From a bacterium (lineage in GTDB: Bacteria > Bacillota_I > Bacilli_A > RFN20 > DUOZ01), in the NCBI GenBank assembly GCA_012838555.1, contig DUOZ01000115.1, forward strand, positions 2,226 through 66,225: 64,000 bases of DNA, read 5' to 3'. How positions within the stretch are numbered: position 1 is the first letter of the stretch; the number at the start of each line of letters is the position of its first letter. Shown one piece after another: positions 1-9,143 of the stretch. The notes beneath the pieces are model-generated. The model was not told the origin of the DNA and searched no databases. It worked only from the letters and a program-made list of their open reading frames with translations. The position numbers were made by a program, and so were the translations under genes.

Positions 1-1116
1 AAAGAAGCATATCCAATAATGCCAGGACAAGTTAGATTAAGTCTAGAAGATGAATATTATCAACTGAGTACATGGGAAGGATGTTCATCTGATAATTATG
101 CATCTTTAATTACTGGTATTAATGTATCAAATGTCAATATCGTAGGTGAAGGTATAATTGATGGAGGAGCACTTGAATCAACTTGGTGGGAAAATGTTAA
201 ACCTAGCAAATACGGAAATCGACCAAGAACCATATTCTTAAATAAATGTAATAATATAAATTTACAAGGTATTACGGTCCAAAATTCTCCATCTTGGACG
301 ATTCATCCTTACTTTAGTAAGAATATTAATGCTTTTGATTTAAAAATAAATAATCCTAAAGATTCACCAAATACTGATGGATTTAATCCAGAATCTTCAC
401 AAGGAGTAACCATATTAGGTGTTGTCTTCAGTGTTGGGGATGATTGTATTGCAATTAAATCAGGAAAATATGAAATGGGTAGACGTTATAAAACACCATC
501 AAGTCATATAACTATTCGAAACTGTTTAATGCAATTTGGTCATGGTGCTGTTGTTTTAGGTAGTGAATGTAGTGGTGGTGTCAAAGATTTAAATGTTGAA
601 AGATGCTATTTTAAAGGAACAGATCGTGGGTTAAGAATTAAAACAAGACGAGGAAGGGGTAAGGATGCTATTATAGATGGAATAACATTTAAAAATATTA
701 TTATGGATGGTGTTTTAACTCCTCTAGTAATAAATATGTTCTATTTTTGTGATGAAGATGGTAAAACTCAATATGTTTGGTCAAAAGATCTATTACCTGT
801 TGATGAAAGAACACCTTATCTGGGTAAATTTTGCTTTAAAGATATAAAATGTAGTAATGTTGAATATTCAGCAGGTTATTTTGCAGGTTTACCAGAGCAA
901 AAAATTGGTGAAATAGTTATTGAAAATGTAACTTTCTCATATAAAGATGATGCTGGAAGTGGTTATCCAGCGATGATGAGTTTTATTGAGAAACAATCAA
1001 AACAAGGATTGTATTTCTTAAATGTTCACAAGATTAAGTTAAAAAATGTGAATTTCGAAGGAGTGGCAAAAGACGAAGTTGAACTAAATTGTGTTGATGA
1101 ATATGACCGAAATTAG
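1..1116 (+). CDS. Glycoside hydrolase family 28 (polygalacturonase-like), N-terminally truncated by window edge
   Basis: The reading frame is open from base 1 with no upstream stop. GH28 signature motifs NSPSW, GDDCIAIKSG, GHG and RIK sit in a parallel beta-helix-type sequence. About 80 aa are probably missing at the 5' end. Confidence 0.75.
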   Translation, partial: KEAYPIMPGQVRLSLEDEYYQLSTWEGCSSDNYASLITGINVSNVNIVGEGIIDGGALESTWWENVKPSKYGNRPRTIFLNKCNNINLQGITVQNSPSWTIHPYFSKNINAFDLKINNPKDSPNTDGFNPESSQGVTILGVVFSVGDDCIAIKSGKYEMGRRYKTPSSHITIRNCLMQFGHGAVVLGSECSGGVKDLNVERCYFKGTDRGLRIKTRRGRGKDAIIDGITFKNIIMDGVLTPLVINMFYFCDEDGKTQYVWSKDLLPVDERTPYLGKFCFKDIKCSNVEYSAGYFAGLPEQKIGEIVIENVTFSYKDDAGSGYPAMMSFIEKQSKQGLYFLNVHKIKLKNVNFEGVAKDEVELNCVDEYDRN

Positions 1117-1130
1117 ATAGGTTTGATACT

Positions 1131-1700
1131 ATGGATTGGAATTATGTTTATTTTAGAAGTAGTGTGTATTTATCACCTGCTTTATTTAGAACATCAATAT
1201 CTAGAATTTTACAAGGACCATTTGAAATGGTTTATGATGGAATTGAAGGTCAATTATGGGTAGATAATGATGGTTTGACTTGTCTTTACAATAGTATTAT
1301 GATTTTACAGAATGACTGGTTATGTTCATTCACGATGTTAGTAGTTCCTCGATTTGATGATGTCATGGATCAAGTTTTTTCAAAATTTGATGAAGCAGGT
1401 TTATTTACATTAAATGCTGTTTTACCTAAACTACTAAATGAAAAGTTAATCTCAAAAAATATATTTAACGTTTACTTTGAAGATATTAGTAGTGAGGTAT
1501 TATTAACAGTAAAAAATTATATCGAACTAGGAATGTCGTTAAGTTTAGTAGCCAAAGCGATGTATGCGCATCGAAATACCATTAATTATCGAATTAATAA
1601 GTTTTGTGAAAAAAGTGGTATTAATGTTAGAAAAACAACCAATGCGTATTTTATTTATTTAGTTTTGACATGGGTGAGTAAAGAAGGGGTATTAGTATGA
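1131..1700 (+). CDS. Short CdaR/PucR-family HTH protein (C-terminal HTH_30-like helix-turn-helix only)
   Basis: The C-terminus LLTVKNYIELGMSLSLVAKAMYAHRNTINYRINKF matches the PucR/CdaR HTH signature (HRNT..YR). The N-terminal 120 aa is unrecognised. There is no obvious RBS, and the stop overlaps the eda start (ATGA). Confidence 0.45.
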   Translation: MDWNYVYFRSSVYLSPALFRTSISRILQGPFEMVYDGIEGQLWVDNDGLTCLYNSIMILQNDWLCSFTMLVVPRFDDVMDQVFSKFDEAGLFTLNAVLPKLLNEKLISKNIFNVYFEDISSEVLLTVKNYIELGMSLSLVAKAMYAHRNTINYRINKFCEKSGINVRKTTNAYFIYLVLTWVSKEGVLV

Positions 1701-2338
1701 AAAAGTATGAAACAATTAAAAAGTTAGTTAACTGTGGTGTGGTGGCTGTAATTAGAGCTGAAAATGAAGAAAAGGCTTCAAAACTAGCTCAATCCTGTAT
1801 TGATGGAGGAATTATAGGGATTGAAATTACATTTACCGTTCCTAAGGCTGAGCATGTTATTTCTTATTTATCAAGTAAATTTAAGAGTGAAGGTCTATTA
1901 GTTGGTGCTGGAACAGTATTAGATGTTCAAACAGCTAGAGTTGCCATCTTAAATGGTGCAGATTTTATTGTTGGACCTAATTTCGATCTTGAAATTGCTA
2001 AATTATGTAACATGTATCAAGTACCATATATGCCAGGTTGCTTTAGTATAAATGAAATGGTAGAGGCGTTAAAAGCTGGAGTTGATATAATAAAAGTATT
2101 CCCAGGAAGTGCTGTTGGTCCTTCTTATATCAAAGCAGTTAAAGGTCCTTTACCTCAGGCTAATTTAATGCCTACTGGTGGAGTTAACTTAGATAATGCC
2201 GAAGAATGGATTAAAGCAGGTGCGATAGCACTGGGTGTTGGAGGAGATTTAACAGCTCCTGCGAAAAATGATGATTATGATAAAGTAACTGAGCTGGCTA
2301 AACAGTTTGTTGAAAAAGTTAGAAATGCTAGAAAATAG
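1697..2338 (+). CDS. eda: KDPG / 4-hydroxy-2-oxoglutarate aldolase
   Basis: It is 213 aa with VIRAENEEKA and the GIEITFTVP class I aldolase motifs. An AAGAAGGGG RBS precedes the start. Confidence 0.85.
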   Translation: MKKYETIKKLVNCGVVAVIRAENEEKASKLAQSCIDGGIIGIEITFTVPKAEHVISYLSSKFKSEGLLVGAGTVLDVQTARVAILNGADFIVGPNFDLEIAKLCNMYQVPYMPGCFSINEMVEALKAGVDIIKVFPGSAVGPSYIKAVKGPLPQANLMPTGGVNLDNAEEWIKAGAIALGVGGDLTAPAKNDDYDKVTELAKQFVEKVRNARK

Positions 2339-2349
2339 GAGGGATAGTT

Positions 2350-3372
2350 ATGAAAAAAGTAGTCACTCTTGGTGAAATTATGTTAAGACTATCTACCCCG
2401 TTATATAATCGATTTGTTCAATCTGATTCATTTGATGTAAATTACGGTGGTGGAGAGGCTAATGTTGCGGTATCGTTGTCTAATTATGGACATCATGCTT
2501 TTTTTGTTACTAAATTACCAAAACATGAAATTGGTCAATCTGCTGTTAATGCTTTAAGAAGATATGGTGTAGACACTTCTTATATCGCTAGAGGTGGAGA
2601 TCGAATTGGTATCTATTTCTTAGAAACAGGTGCTTCAATGAGACCATCAAAAGTAATTTATGATCGTGCTCATAGTGCGATAGCTGAAGCTGATATTGAA
2701 GATTTCGATTTTGATGAAATCTTTAAAGATGCCGATTGGTTCCACTTTACTGGGATTACACCAGCTTTAGGTGATAAAGCAACTAGATTAATTAAACATG
2801 CGCTAATAAGTGCTAAAAAACATAATGTCACTATATCAGTTGACTTAAACTATCGTAAAAAATTATGGACTAGTGAAAAAGCTATAGAAGTAATGAGTGA
2901 ATTAATGCAATACGTTGATGTTTGTATTGGTAATGAAGAAGATGCAGAAAAATGTTTAGGATTTAAACCTGTAAATGTTGATGTAACTACTGCTGATTTA
3001 GAATTATCATCTTATAAGAATGTTTTTAAACAAATGAAAAATAAATTTGGTTTTAAATATATTGCTACTTCATTAAGAAAAAGTTATAGTGCTTCTGATA
3101 ATGGTTGGAGTGGTCTAATTTATGATGGAAAAGAATTCTATCACTCTAAAGAATATAACATCCGTATTGTTGACCGTGTTGGTGGTGGAGATTCATTTGC
3201 AAGTGGCATCATTCATGGATTATTAACTTACAATGATTTTAAAAAGGCTTTAGATTTTGCCGTCGCAGCTTCTGCTTTAAAACATACCATCCATGGAGAT
3301 TTCAACATGGTTTCTATTGATGAGGTAGAAAACTTGATGAAAGGAGACGCCTCTGGTCGGGTCCAAAGGTAA
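2350..3372 (+). CDS. kdgK: 2-dehydro-3-deoxygluconokinase (pfkB family sugar kinase)
   Basis: It carries GGGEANVAVSL and the C-terminal DRVGGGDSFASG pfkB signature. It lies adjacent to eda and has a GGAGGG RBS. Confidence 0.8.
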   Translation: MKKVVTLGEIMLRLSTPLYNRFVQSDSFDVNYGGGEANVAVSLSNYGHHAFFVTKLPKHEIGQSAVNALRRYGVDTSYIARGGDRIGIYFLETGASMRPSKVIYDRAHSAIAEADIEDFDFDEIFKDADWFHFTGITPALGDKATRLIKHALISAKKHNVTISVDLNYRKKLWTSEKAIEVMSELMQYVDVCIGNEEDAEKCLGFKPVNVDVTTADLELSSYKNVFKQMKNKFGFKYIATSLRKSYSASDNGWSGLIYDGKEFYHSKEYNIRIVDRVGGGDSFASGIIHGLLTYNDFKKALDFAVAASALKHTIHGDFNMVSIDEVENLMKGDASGRVQR

Positions 3373-3373
3373 A

Positions 3374-3405
3374 TTAGTTCATTTTTTCCTATAATTTGGT
3401 ATAAT
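3374..3405 (+). promoter_or_regulatory. Candidate sigma-A promoter for the GntR gene (extended -10, TGgTATAAT)
   Basis: TTTGGTATAAT lies at 3395-3405, with a second TATAAT at 3390-3395 and a weak -35. Confidence 0.3.
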
Positions 3406-3440
3406 ATTCTAGGAAAAACTAGGAATTAGGATGTGAAATA

Positions 3441-4109
3441 ATGACAAAATCAAATGATGCTATTTATGAAGAATTAAAAAATGAAATAGTAACACTGAAA
3501 ATTAAACCAGGTGCAGTTTTAAGTGAAATTGATATTGCTAAACGTTTTGGTGTCTCTAGAACACCAATTCGTGATGTGTTTAAAAAACTTGAAGCAGATG
3601 GATTACTTGAAATAGTGTCTCAAAAAGGAACGTATGTTAAAAAGATTAACATAGATGAAGTTAATGAAATGATGTATATCCGTGAAAAAGTTGAATTAGC
3701 TGTTTTAAAAGAGGTTATGGAAGTAGCTAATATCGGTCAAATTAACTTATTAAATCTTTTCCTAGTTGAACAAAAGGATATTATTGAAAATACACCTGAT
3801 GAATTAAGAGCAGAAAAGTTCTTAGAAAATGATAATAAATTTCATGAATATATATTTAGAATCGCTGGAAAAGAAGGCGTTTGGAGATTACTATATCAAT
3901 TCCGACCAGCCTTTAATCGCTTTAGAGTAGTTACCAATTTACGTAAAACTGATGATCTTATCGAACTTTATGAAAATCATGCTGCTATTCTTGAGTGTTT
4001 AAAAAATAAGGATTATGAAAGAATCAATGATGTTATATCTAACCATGCATATCATGGGTTAAATGGTATAGATGCTGTTTTTGATAAACATCGTGACTAT
4101 TTTGAGTAA
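3441..4109 (+). CDS. GntR-family transcriptional regulator (FadR/FCD subfamily)
   Basis: The N-terminal wHTH reads RTPIRDVFKKLEADGLLE. The C-terminal half is a helical FCD-like domain. Confidence 0.8.
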   Translation: MTKSNDAIYEELKNEIVTLKIKPGAVLSEIDIAKRFGVSRTPIRDVFKKLEADGLLEIVSQKGTYVKKINIDEVNEMMYIREKVELAVLKEVMEVANIGQINLLNLFLVEQKDIIENTPDELRAEKFLENDNKFHEYIFRIAGKEGVWRLLYQFRPAFNRFRVVTNLRKTDDLIELYENHAAILECLKNKDYERINDVISNHAYHGLNGIDAVFDKHRDYFE

Positions 4110-4112
4110 TTA

Positions 4113-4142
4113 GGTTTAACCATAAAGTGTTAAACCTTTTTT
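4113..4142 (+). terminator. Rho-independent terminator after the GntR gene
   Basis: The stem GGTTTAAC/GTTAAACC (4113-4120/4129-4136) has an 8-nt loop followed by TTTTTT. It overlaps the stop of the convergent methyltransferase gene. Confidence 0.55.
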
Positions 4143-4891
4143 ACTTTAATGATTAAAAAATGTGGGTTATTCATTAAATAATTGTAATCTTTTAATGAAT
4201 AATCTTTTAATTTTTCAATTGGTTGAGGTTCAACAATTTTATCTATAATAAACCTATATTTAATTAAGGTATTAATAATTTCACTTAATGATCGGCGATA
4301 AAATTGAACATTTATTTTATCATTAGATGTGCTCCATGAGTCATTTATTAACTTTAATTCAAAATAATTTGAACATTTAAATCGCGTAAAGTCCATAAAT
4401 GGATGATGAGTAGATATTAGTAGTTCACCATTAGTTTTTAAAATGCGATGAAATTCTTTTAATATGTTATTCCAATCGTATAAGTAATGAAGGGTTAATG
4501 ATGAAATTATTAAATCAAATTCTTCGTTGTTTAAAAAAGTTAAATTATCGTTTAAATCATGAATAAATAATCTAATTTTATTATTAGTAGTTTCTTTGGC
4601 TATGTTTATCATTTCTTCACTTATATCAATACCAGTAACTATAGCACCCTTATTAATCAAGTACTCTAAATAATAACCAGAACCACAAGCTGCATCTAAG
4701 ACGTGCTTATTTTTAACATCATCGATTAAGTTAATCATATTAGGTCTTTCATAAAAGTCATTATATGGTCTAATTTTAGAAGTATATTCTTTAGCTAGTT
4801 GAGTATAAGCCTTTTTATTTTCATCCATTTTTATCACCATAATGATTATACTATAAAAAAATGCCGAATTAACGGCATTAATAACTTTCAA
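4130..4891 (-). CDS. Class I SAM-dependent methyltransferase
   Basis: The DAACGSGYY glycine-rich SAM motif is present. Confidence 0.7.
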   Translation of the reverse strand: MKVINAVNSAFFYSIIIMVIKMDENKKAYTQLAKEYTSKIRPYNDFYERPNMINLIDDVKNKHVLDAACGSGYYLEYLINKGAIVTGIDISEEMINIAKETTNNKIRLFIHDLNDNLTFLNNEEFDLIISSLTLHYLYDWNNILKEFHRILKTNGELLISTHHPFMDFTRFKCSNYFELKLINDSWSTSNDKINVQFYRRSLSEIINTLIKYRFIIDKIVEPQPIEKLKDYSLKDYNYLMNNPHFLIIKVKKV

Positions 4892-5540
4892 ATAATTTTA
4901 TTGCTTGAGATGGATGAGTAATAATGTGCTTAGCACCATTAACAACTAGTTCTTCTCTAGTTCTAAATCCCCAAGTGACACCAACAGCAATAACATTAGC
5001 GTTATTAGCTGTTTGCATATCAGTATTGGTATCTCCAAAATATAAACATTCATCAGGTTTAACAGCAAATTCATCTAACATCATTAATAATGCTGATGGA
5101 TTTGGTTTTTTAGGATGTTCTTCACTAGGGCCAAGAACATACTCAAATTTAATACCTTTAAATACATTGTCTGCAATTTTTCTTGCTAAAGGTGTTGGTT
5201 TATTTGTAAGAACTGCTATTTTACAACCTTTATCTTGTAGATAATTAAGTAAATCTATGATTCCATCATAAGGTTTAGAATAAACATCATAATGTGCATG
5301 GTAATAATCAGCATAGTCTTTTTGAACCTTGTTTACTAAATCTTCATCTTTATTTAAAGGTTCACCAATCGATCTTTTAACAAATGTAAGTTGACCATCA
5401 CCTGTAAATTCTCTAAATTTATCAAGAGATTCATGAATTGGTAGATTGTTTTCTTTAAGAGCGTGATTCATTGCAGTTTTTATATCTTCTAGTGAATCTA
5501 GAATTGTTCCATCCATATCAAATACACATAACTTTATCAA
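4878..5540 (-). CDS. HAD-superfamily hydrolase (phosphoglycolate phosphatase-like)
   Basis: It carries the motif I sequence FDMDGTILDS and a C-terminal GDTNTD motif. Confidence 0.75.
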   Translation of the reverse strand: MIKLCVFDMDGTILDSLEDIKTAMNHALKENNLPIHESLDKFREFTGDGQLTFVKRSIGEPLNKDEDLVNKVQKDYADYYHAHYDVYSKPYDGIIDLLNYLQDKGCKIAVLTNKPTPLARKIADNVFKGIKFEYVLGPSEEHPKKPNPSALLMMLDEFAVKPDECLYFGDTNTDMQTANNANVIAVGVTWGFRTREELVVNGAKHIITHPSQAIKLFESY

Positions 5541-5561
5541 ATTGACATTCCTCTTTCTATC

Positions 5562-6071
5562 TTATAATTCATCAAAATGTTCTTCTATGTCACCATAATT
5601 AATTACTTTATAATTCCAACAATTTATTTTTGGAGTAACAAAGATTATTTCTGATTCATTTACATACTTAACGATTTTACCTGCGCCAGGATAAATTAAG
5701 AACACTTTAACTAATTCTTTGTTTGAAGTAACATCATAAGTTACTAAAGGCACGATTTCGCTTACAATACGAATATTCTTGCTTGCCTTGGTAGAGTCTC
5801 TCATAGCATTTAGATACCATCTTTGAGCATTAGCCATGACAATCTCATTTCTATTATTGGCCATTATTAACTTAACTAAATAGAGTTTTTTATCTGACTC
5901 AATAATATAATCATGTTGTTTGGTTTTACTTACACTAACTTTATAACCTTTTTTCGTTAATATATTAATTAAATAATTAGTAATTTTTTCTTTTTGTTTA
6001 TGTTGATAAATTAAAGCTACAATGATGCCAGCTACAACCGAGCCTATAAAGCCCAAAATTGGCCAAAACAT
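5562..6071 (-). CDS. Hypothetical membrane-anchored protein (N-terminal TM helix)
   Basis: It is 169 aa with a hydrophobic N-terminus and no recognisable domain. It is tightly linked to the aminopeptidase gene. Confidence 0.45.
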   Translation of the reverse strand: MFWPILGFIGSVVAGIIVALIYQHKQKEKITNYLINILTKKGYKVSVSKTKQHDYIIESDKKLYLVKLIMANNRNEIVMANAQRWYLNAMRDSTKASKNIRIVSEIVPLVTYDVTSNKELVKVFLIYPGAGKIVKYVNESEIIFVTPKINCWNYKVINYGDIEEHFDEL

Positions 6072-6073
6072 GT

Positions 6074-7306
6074 TTAAATAGCCCAGTTACCGTTTTTAAA
6101 GATTTGAATAGATTTACCTTCTTGGTCATAACCAACAATATCCAAATCTTTAGTACCAATCATAAAGTCAACGTGGGTTAATGAATGATTAGCACCTCTA
6201 GCTTTTAATTCATCTAAGCTTAAATTTGTACCGTCTTTAATATTCATTGGATAAGCTTTACCTAATGCTAAGTGGCAAGCAGCATTTTCATCAAATAAAG
6301 TGTTATAGAACAAGATACCACTTAAAGAAATTGGTGACTCATATGGAACTAGTGCAACTTCACCTAAGCGGCAACTACCTTCATCAAGTTCGATTAATGA
6401 ACGTAAAGTTTCTTTACCTTGTTCAGCATTAAAGTCAACTACTTTTCCATCTTTGAATATTAATTCAAAATTATTAATTAATTGACCATTATAATTTAAT
6501 GGTTTAGATGCAACAACTTTACCTTCTGCGAAATTAGCATCTGGCATTGTAAATACTTCTTCAGTAGGCATATTTGGATTGAACTCAACATTGCTTTGAT
6601 TATATTCAGAACCACCAGCCCAAATATGGTTTTTAACTAAGCCAACTTTAAAGTCAGTACCATTACTTGATGTAAAATGTAAATAGGATAAATTTAAGTC
6701 GTTTAATGTTTTAACTTTTTCAGCAAGAGTCTTATTGTGTTGTTTCCATTCTTCAATTGGATCGTTGTCATCTTTAATTCTTACTGCACTAAAGATAGCA
6801 TCCCATAATTTAGTGACAGCTTCTTCATCACTAACATCAGGGAAGACTTTTTTAGCCCAATTGATTGTTGGTATTGATAAGACACACCATTGAACTTTAT
6901 TAGCCATTAGTTGAGCTTGGACATTAACTAAAGCTTGAGATCTAGCTTTTCCAGACTCTTTAATTTTAACTGGATCAATATCTTTTAATAATTCAGGATT
7001 ACTAGCAGAAATAGAGATTCTAGCAGTATTTTCTTCCATTGCTGTTTCTGCTTTATCAATTGACCATTTTGGAACTTTTTTTAAATCTTCTAGATCCATG
7101 AACTCATAATGCATTTTACTAATGCTTTCATCATGCCAATCTACACTTACTTTTCTAGCACCAGCTTTATAAGCTTCTTCGACTAAAAAGCGAGTAAACT
7201 GTGCTGTTTCAATCGGTGAACTAATCGCTAAAGGTTGACCTTTTTGGATATTAACACCCATTTTAACAGCTAGTTCAGCATACTTACGTAATTTTTCTTT
7301 ATTCAT
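6074..7306 (-). CDS. M29-family aminopeptidase (AmpS/PepS-like)
   Basis: It is 410 aa. The N-terminal sequence KLRKYAELAVKMGVNIQKGQPL is typical of thermophilic metalloprotease M29. Confidence 0.8.
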   Translation of the reverse strand: MNKEKLRKYAELAVKMGVNIQKGQPLAISSPIETAQFTRFLVEEAYKAGARKVSVDWHDESISKMHYEFMDLEDLKKVPKWSIDKAETAMEENTARISISASNPELLKDIDPVKIKESGKARSQALVNVQAQLMANKVQWCVLSIPTINWAKKVFPDVSDEEAVTKLWDAIFSAVRIKDDNDPIEEWKQHNKTLAEKVKTLNDLNLSYLHFTSSNGTDFKVGLVKNHIWAGGSEYNQSNVEFNPNMPTEEVFTMPDANFAEGKVVASKPLNYNGQLINNFELIFKDGKVVDFNAEQGKETLRSLIELDEGSCRLGEVALVPYESPISLSGILFYNTLFDENAACHLALGKAYPMNIKDGTNLSLDELKARGANHSLTHVDFMIGTKDLDIVGYDQEGKSIQIFKNGNWAI

Positions 7307-7338
7307 AATTAAATCCTCCGTTTCTTAATTTTAATAGA

Positions 7339-7899
7339 TTAATCATCTTCATCTTTATCTTCGTCATTTTCAACAATTTCAATATTAATAATATCTTTTT
7401 TAATATATTCTTTGAATTTCTTTTTGGTATCAGAAGCACTGAAGTCTAAGATTGAATGGGGACCAAGTAAAATATTAATTATTGGAATTAATAAAATAAT
7501 AATCCATGCACGGTTCCACTCTCCAGATACAAAACCAATTACAAGATAGAGTACTATAATTGTTACAGTTGATAAAACACTTAAATCAATCTTTCTTCTA
7601 GCAAAAATGTCATATAAAAAGACTGATAAAAAGACAACCCAACCAGGATGCCATAAGTTAAATTGAATTCCTAAAATCAAAAACACTAATAAAGATAACA
7701 AAAAGATTACATGTTTTAAACGCCTTTTCCAATTTTTTGTTAATAAAGTTGAGTTAATAGGAATTAACAAAAAAGCACAACAACCTAATAACCAAGGACT
7801 TTTTAATCCCCATTCTCCTCCAAAATATCCAATTAGAAGAAAAATGAATATTGAGATTAGTGGAGTCGCAGCGATAATTCGATTTCTTAAATTTTTCAT
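7339..7899 (-). CDS. Hypothetical polytopic membrane protein with acidic C-terminal tail
   Basis: It has four predicted TM helices with an internal duplicated unit (GGEWGLKSPW / SGEWNRAW) and a C-terminus ending ENDEDKDEDD. Confidence 0.5.
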   Translation of the reverse strand: MKNLRNRIIAATPLISIFIFLLIGYFGGEWGLKSPWLLGCCAFLLIPINSTLLTKNWKRRLKHVIFLLSLLVFLILGIQFNLWHPGWVVFLSVFLYDIFARRKIDLSVLSTVTIIVLYLVIGFVSGEWNRAWIIILLIPIINILLGPHSILDFSASDTKKKFKEYIKKDIINIEIVENDEDKDEDD

Positions 7900-7995
7900 T
7901 TAACTCCCTACTTTCTAATTTATAAAATTATACTATAAATACAAGAATAAATGAATAAAATTAAATAGATTTCTCAATGTTTTTAAATAATCTTT

Positions 7996-8091
7996 AATTG
8001 CCAAATTAACTTCCACACACAAACAGTCGCTTTTTAATATTATATGGAAGTTACCTTGGCAAGCCTTACTATGGAATTTACTTTGGCAATT
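7996..8091. repeat. Three copies of a 19-bp motif, one inverted and two direct
   Basis: Copy 1 at 7996-8014 is AATTGCCAAATTAACTTCC, the reverse complement of GGAAGTTAATTTGGCAATT. Copy 2 at 8046-8063 is GGAAGTTACCTTGGCAAG. Copy 3 at 8073-8091 is GGAATTTACTTTGGCAATT. Copies 2 and 3 are 27 bp apart. Confidence 0.6.
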
Positions 8092-8180
8092 AACAGTTTT
8101 TAAATAATACAAAGATTTAAAGGTTAGTGGAATTTTATTGATTTGATAGATTACTAAAATAAACCAATAATAAATATTAG

Positions 8181-8208
8181 TTGACAATCGCTTTATTTGT
8201 GGTAATAT
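8181..8208 (+). promoter_or_regulatory. Sigma-A promoter for degV (TTGACA-16 nt-TGgTAATAT)
   Basis: A consensus -35 TTGACA sits at 8181-8186. A 16-nt spacer leads to an extended -10 TGGTAATAT at 8200-8208, which is 55 nt upstream of the GTG start. Confidence 0.6.
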
Positions 8209-8216
8209 TTTCTTTG

Positions 8217-8237
8217 AAATTCAAATAGTTTGAATAT
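8217..8237 (+). promoter_or_regulatory. Palindromic operator-like site between the -10 and RBS of degV
   Basis: ATTCAAA-tag-TTTGAAT forms perfect 7-bp arms at 8219-8225 and 8229-8235. Confidence 0.35.
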
Positions 8238-8263
8238 CAAAGTAATAGAAAGTAGGTACTACC

Positions 8264-9115
8264 GTGAAAACAAAAATTGCAATTTTAACAGATAGTTCAT
8301 CTTCAATCTATAACGTAAAAGACCGTGCTGAAAATATTTTTATGTTAAACTCACCTGCTTATATAGGTGAAGAAATGTTTACTGATTTTGAGAAAAATTT
8401 AGATGCTCCTTTTTATGAAGCATTAGAAAAGGCCACTGTTATTCCTAGAACAAGTCAACCTTCAGTTGGGGAAACTTTAGAAATGTTTAATCATATTAAA
8501 TCACTAGGTTACACTGATGTGATTTATTTACCCATATCTAAAGCATTAAGTGGAACTTATCAAAATGGACATATGGCTAAAGAAATGGTAGAAGGTATTA
8601 ATATCACAATTGTTGATACCATGACTACAGTTTCCATTTTAGCTGCGATGACCTTAGAAGCTTCAAGACTTGCTAATGCTGGATTAAGTGTTAGCGAAAT
8701 TGTTGAAAAAATTACGATTCTTAGAGCGAATTCTAAATTCTTTGCAGCAGTGAAAGATTTAACAGCTTTAATTAAAAATGGCCGTTTATCAAATGCTAAA
8801 GGTTTTGTAGCCAATTTATTTAATATTAGACCGGTATTACATATGACTGATGATGGTAGAATAGTTGGTTTAAAAAATGTTAGAACATTCAACAACGCAC
8901 TAAAAGCATGTATTGAATTAATTGAAGAAGGCTTAGATCAAGAAAATGGGGAAATTCACTTACTTTATACAAAGAATACTGATGATATGGAATATACAAA
9001 ATCATTATTAATTGAACGCTTCCCTAAGACTCCGATTAAAGTCTTTACCTTACCTTCTACAGTTGTTGCGCATATTGGTCTTGAATCAATTGCAATTGGA
9101 TTTATTAACTATTAA
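8264..9115 (+). CDS. DegV-family fatty-acid-binding protein (FakB-like)
   Basis: It has a GTG start and is 283 aa. The N-terminal IAILTDSSSSI is typical of DegV. Confidence 0.85.
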   Translation: MKTKIAILTDSSSSIYNVKDRAENIFMLNSPAYIGEEMFTDFEKNLDAPFYEALEKATVIPRTSQPSVGETLEMFNHIKSLGYTDVIYLPISKALSGTYQNGHMAKEMVEGINITIVDTMTTVSILAAMTLEASRLANAGLSVSEIVEKITILRANSKFFAAVKDLTALIKNGRLSNAKGFVANLFNIRPVLHMTDDGRIVGLKNVRTFNNALKACIELIEEGLDQENGEIHLLYTKNTDDMEYTKSLLIERFPKTPIKVFTLPSTVVAHIGLESIAIGFINY

Positions 9116-9118
9116 ATA

Positions 9119-9143
9119 AGTCGGATTTCCGACTTTTTATTTT
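9119..9143 (+). terminator. Rho-independent terminator after degV
   Basis: The hairpin AGTCGG-ATTT-CCGACT is followed by TTTTTATTTT. It overlaps the stop of the convergent VOC gene. Confidence 0.55.

Noticed and set aside
4924-5244. 106-aa plus-strand ORF inside the HAD hydrolase gene
   Set aside because: It is antisense to a well-supported gene. Its composition is Ser/Thr/Leu-rich, typical of antisense frames of AT-rich genes, and it has no RBS.
7996-8091. Possible CRISPR array (repeated 19-bp motif)
   Set aside because: There are only three copies, one in inverted orientation. Spacers are irregular, the repeats are 19 bp and imperfect, and no cas genes lie nearby. It is better explained as a protein-binding site cluster.
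7933-8187. 84-aa ORF on the minus strand
   Set aside because: It lies wholly inside the intergenic control region that holds the 19-bp repeats and the degV promoter. It has no RBS, an implausible hydrophobic/low-complexity translation, and is AT-rich chance ORF material.
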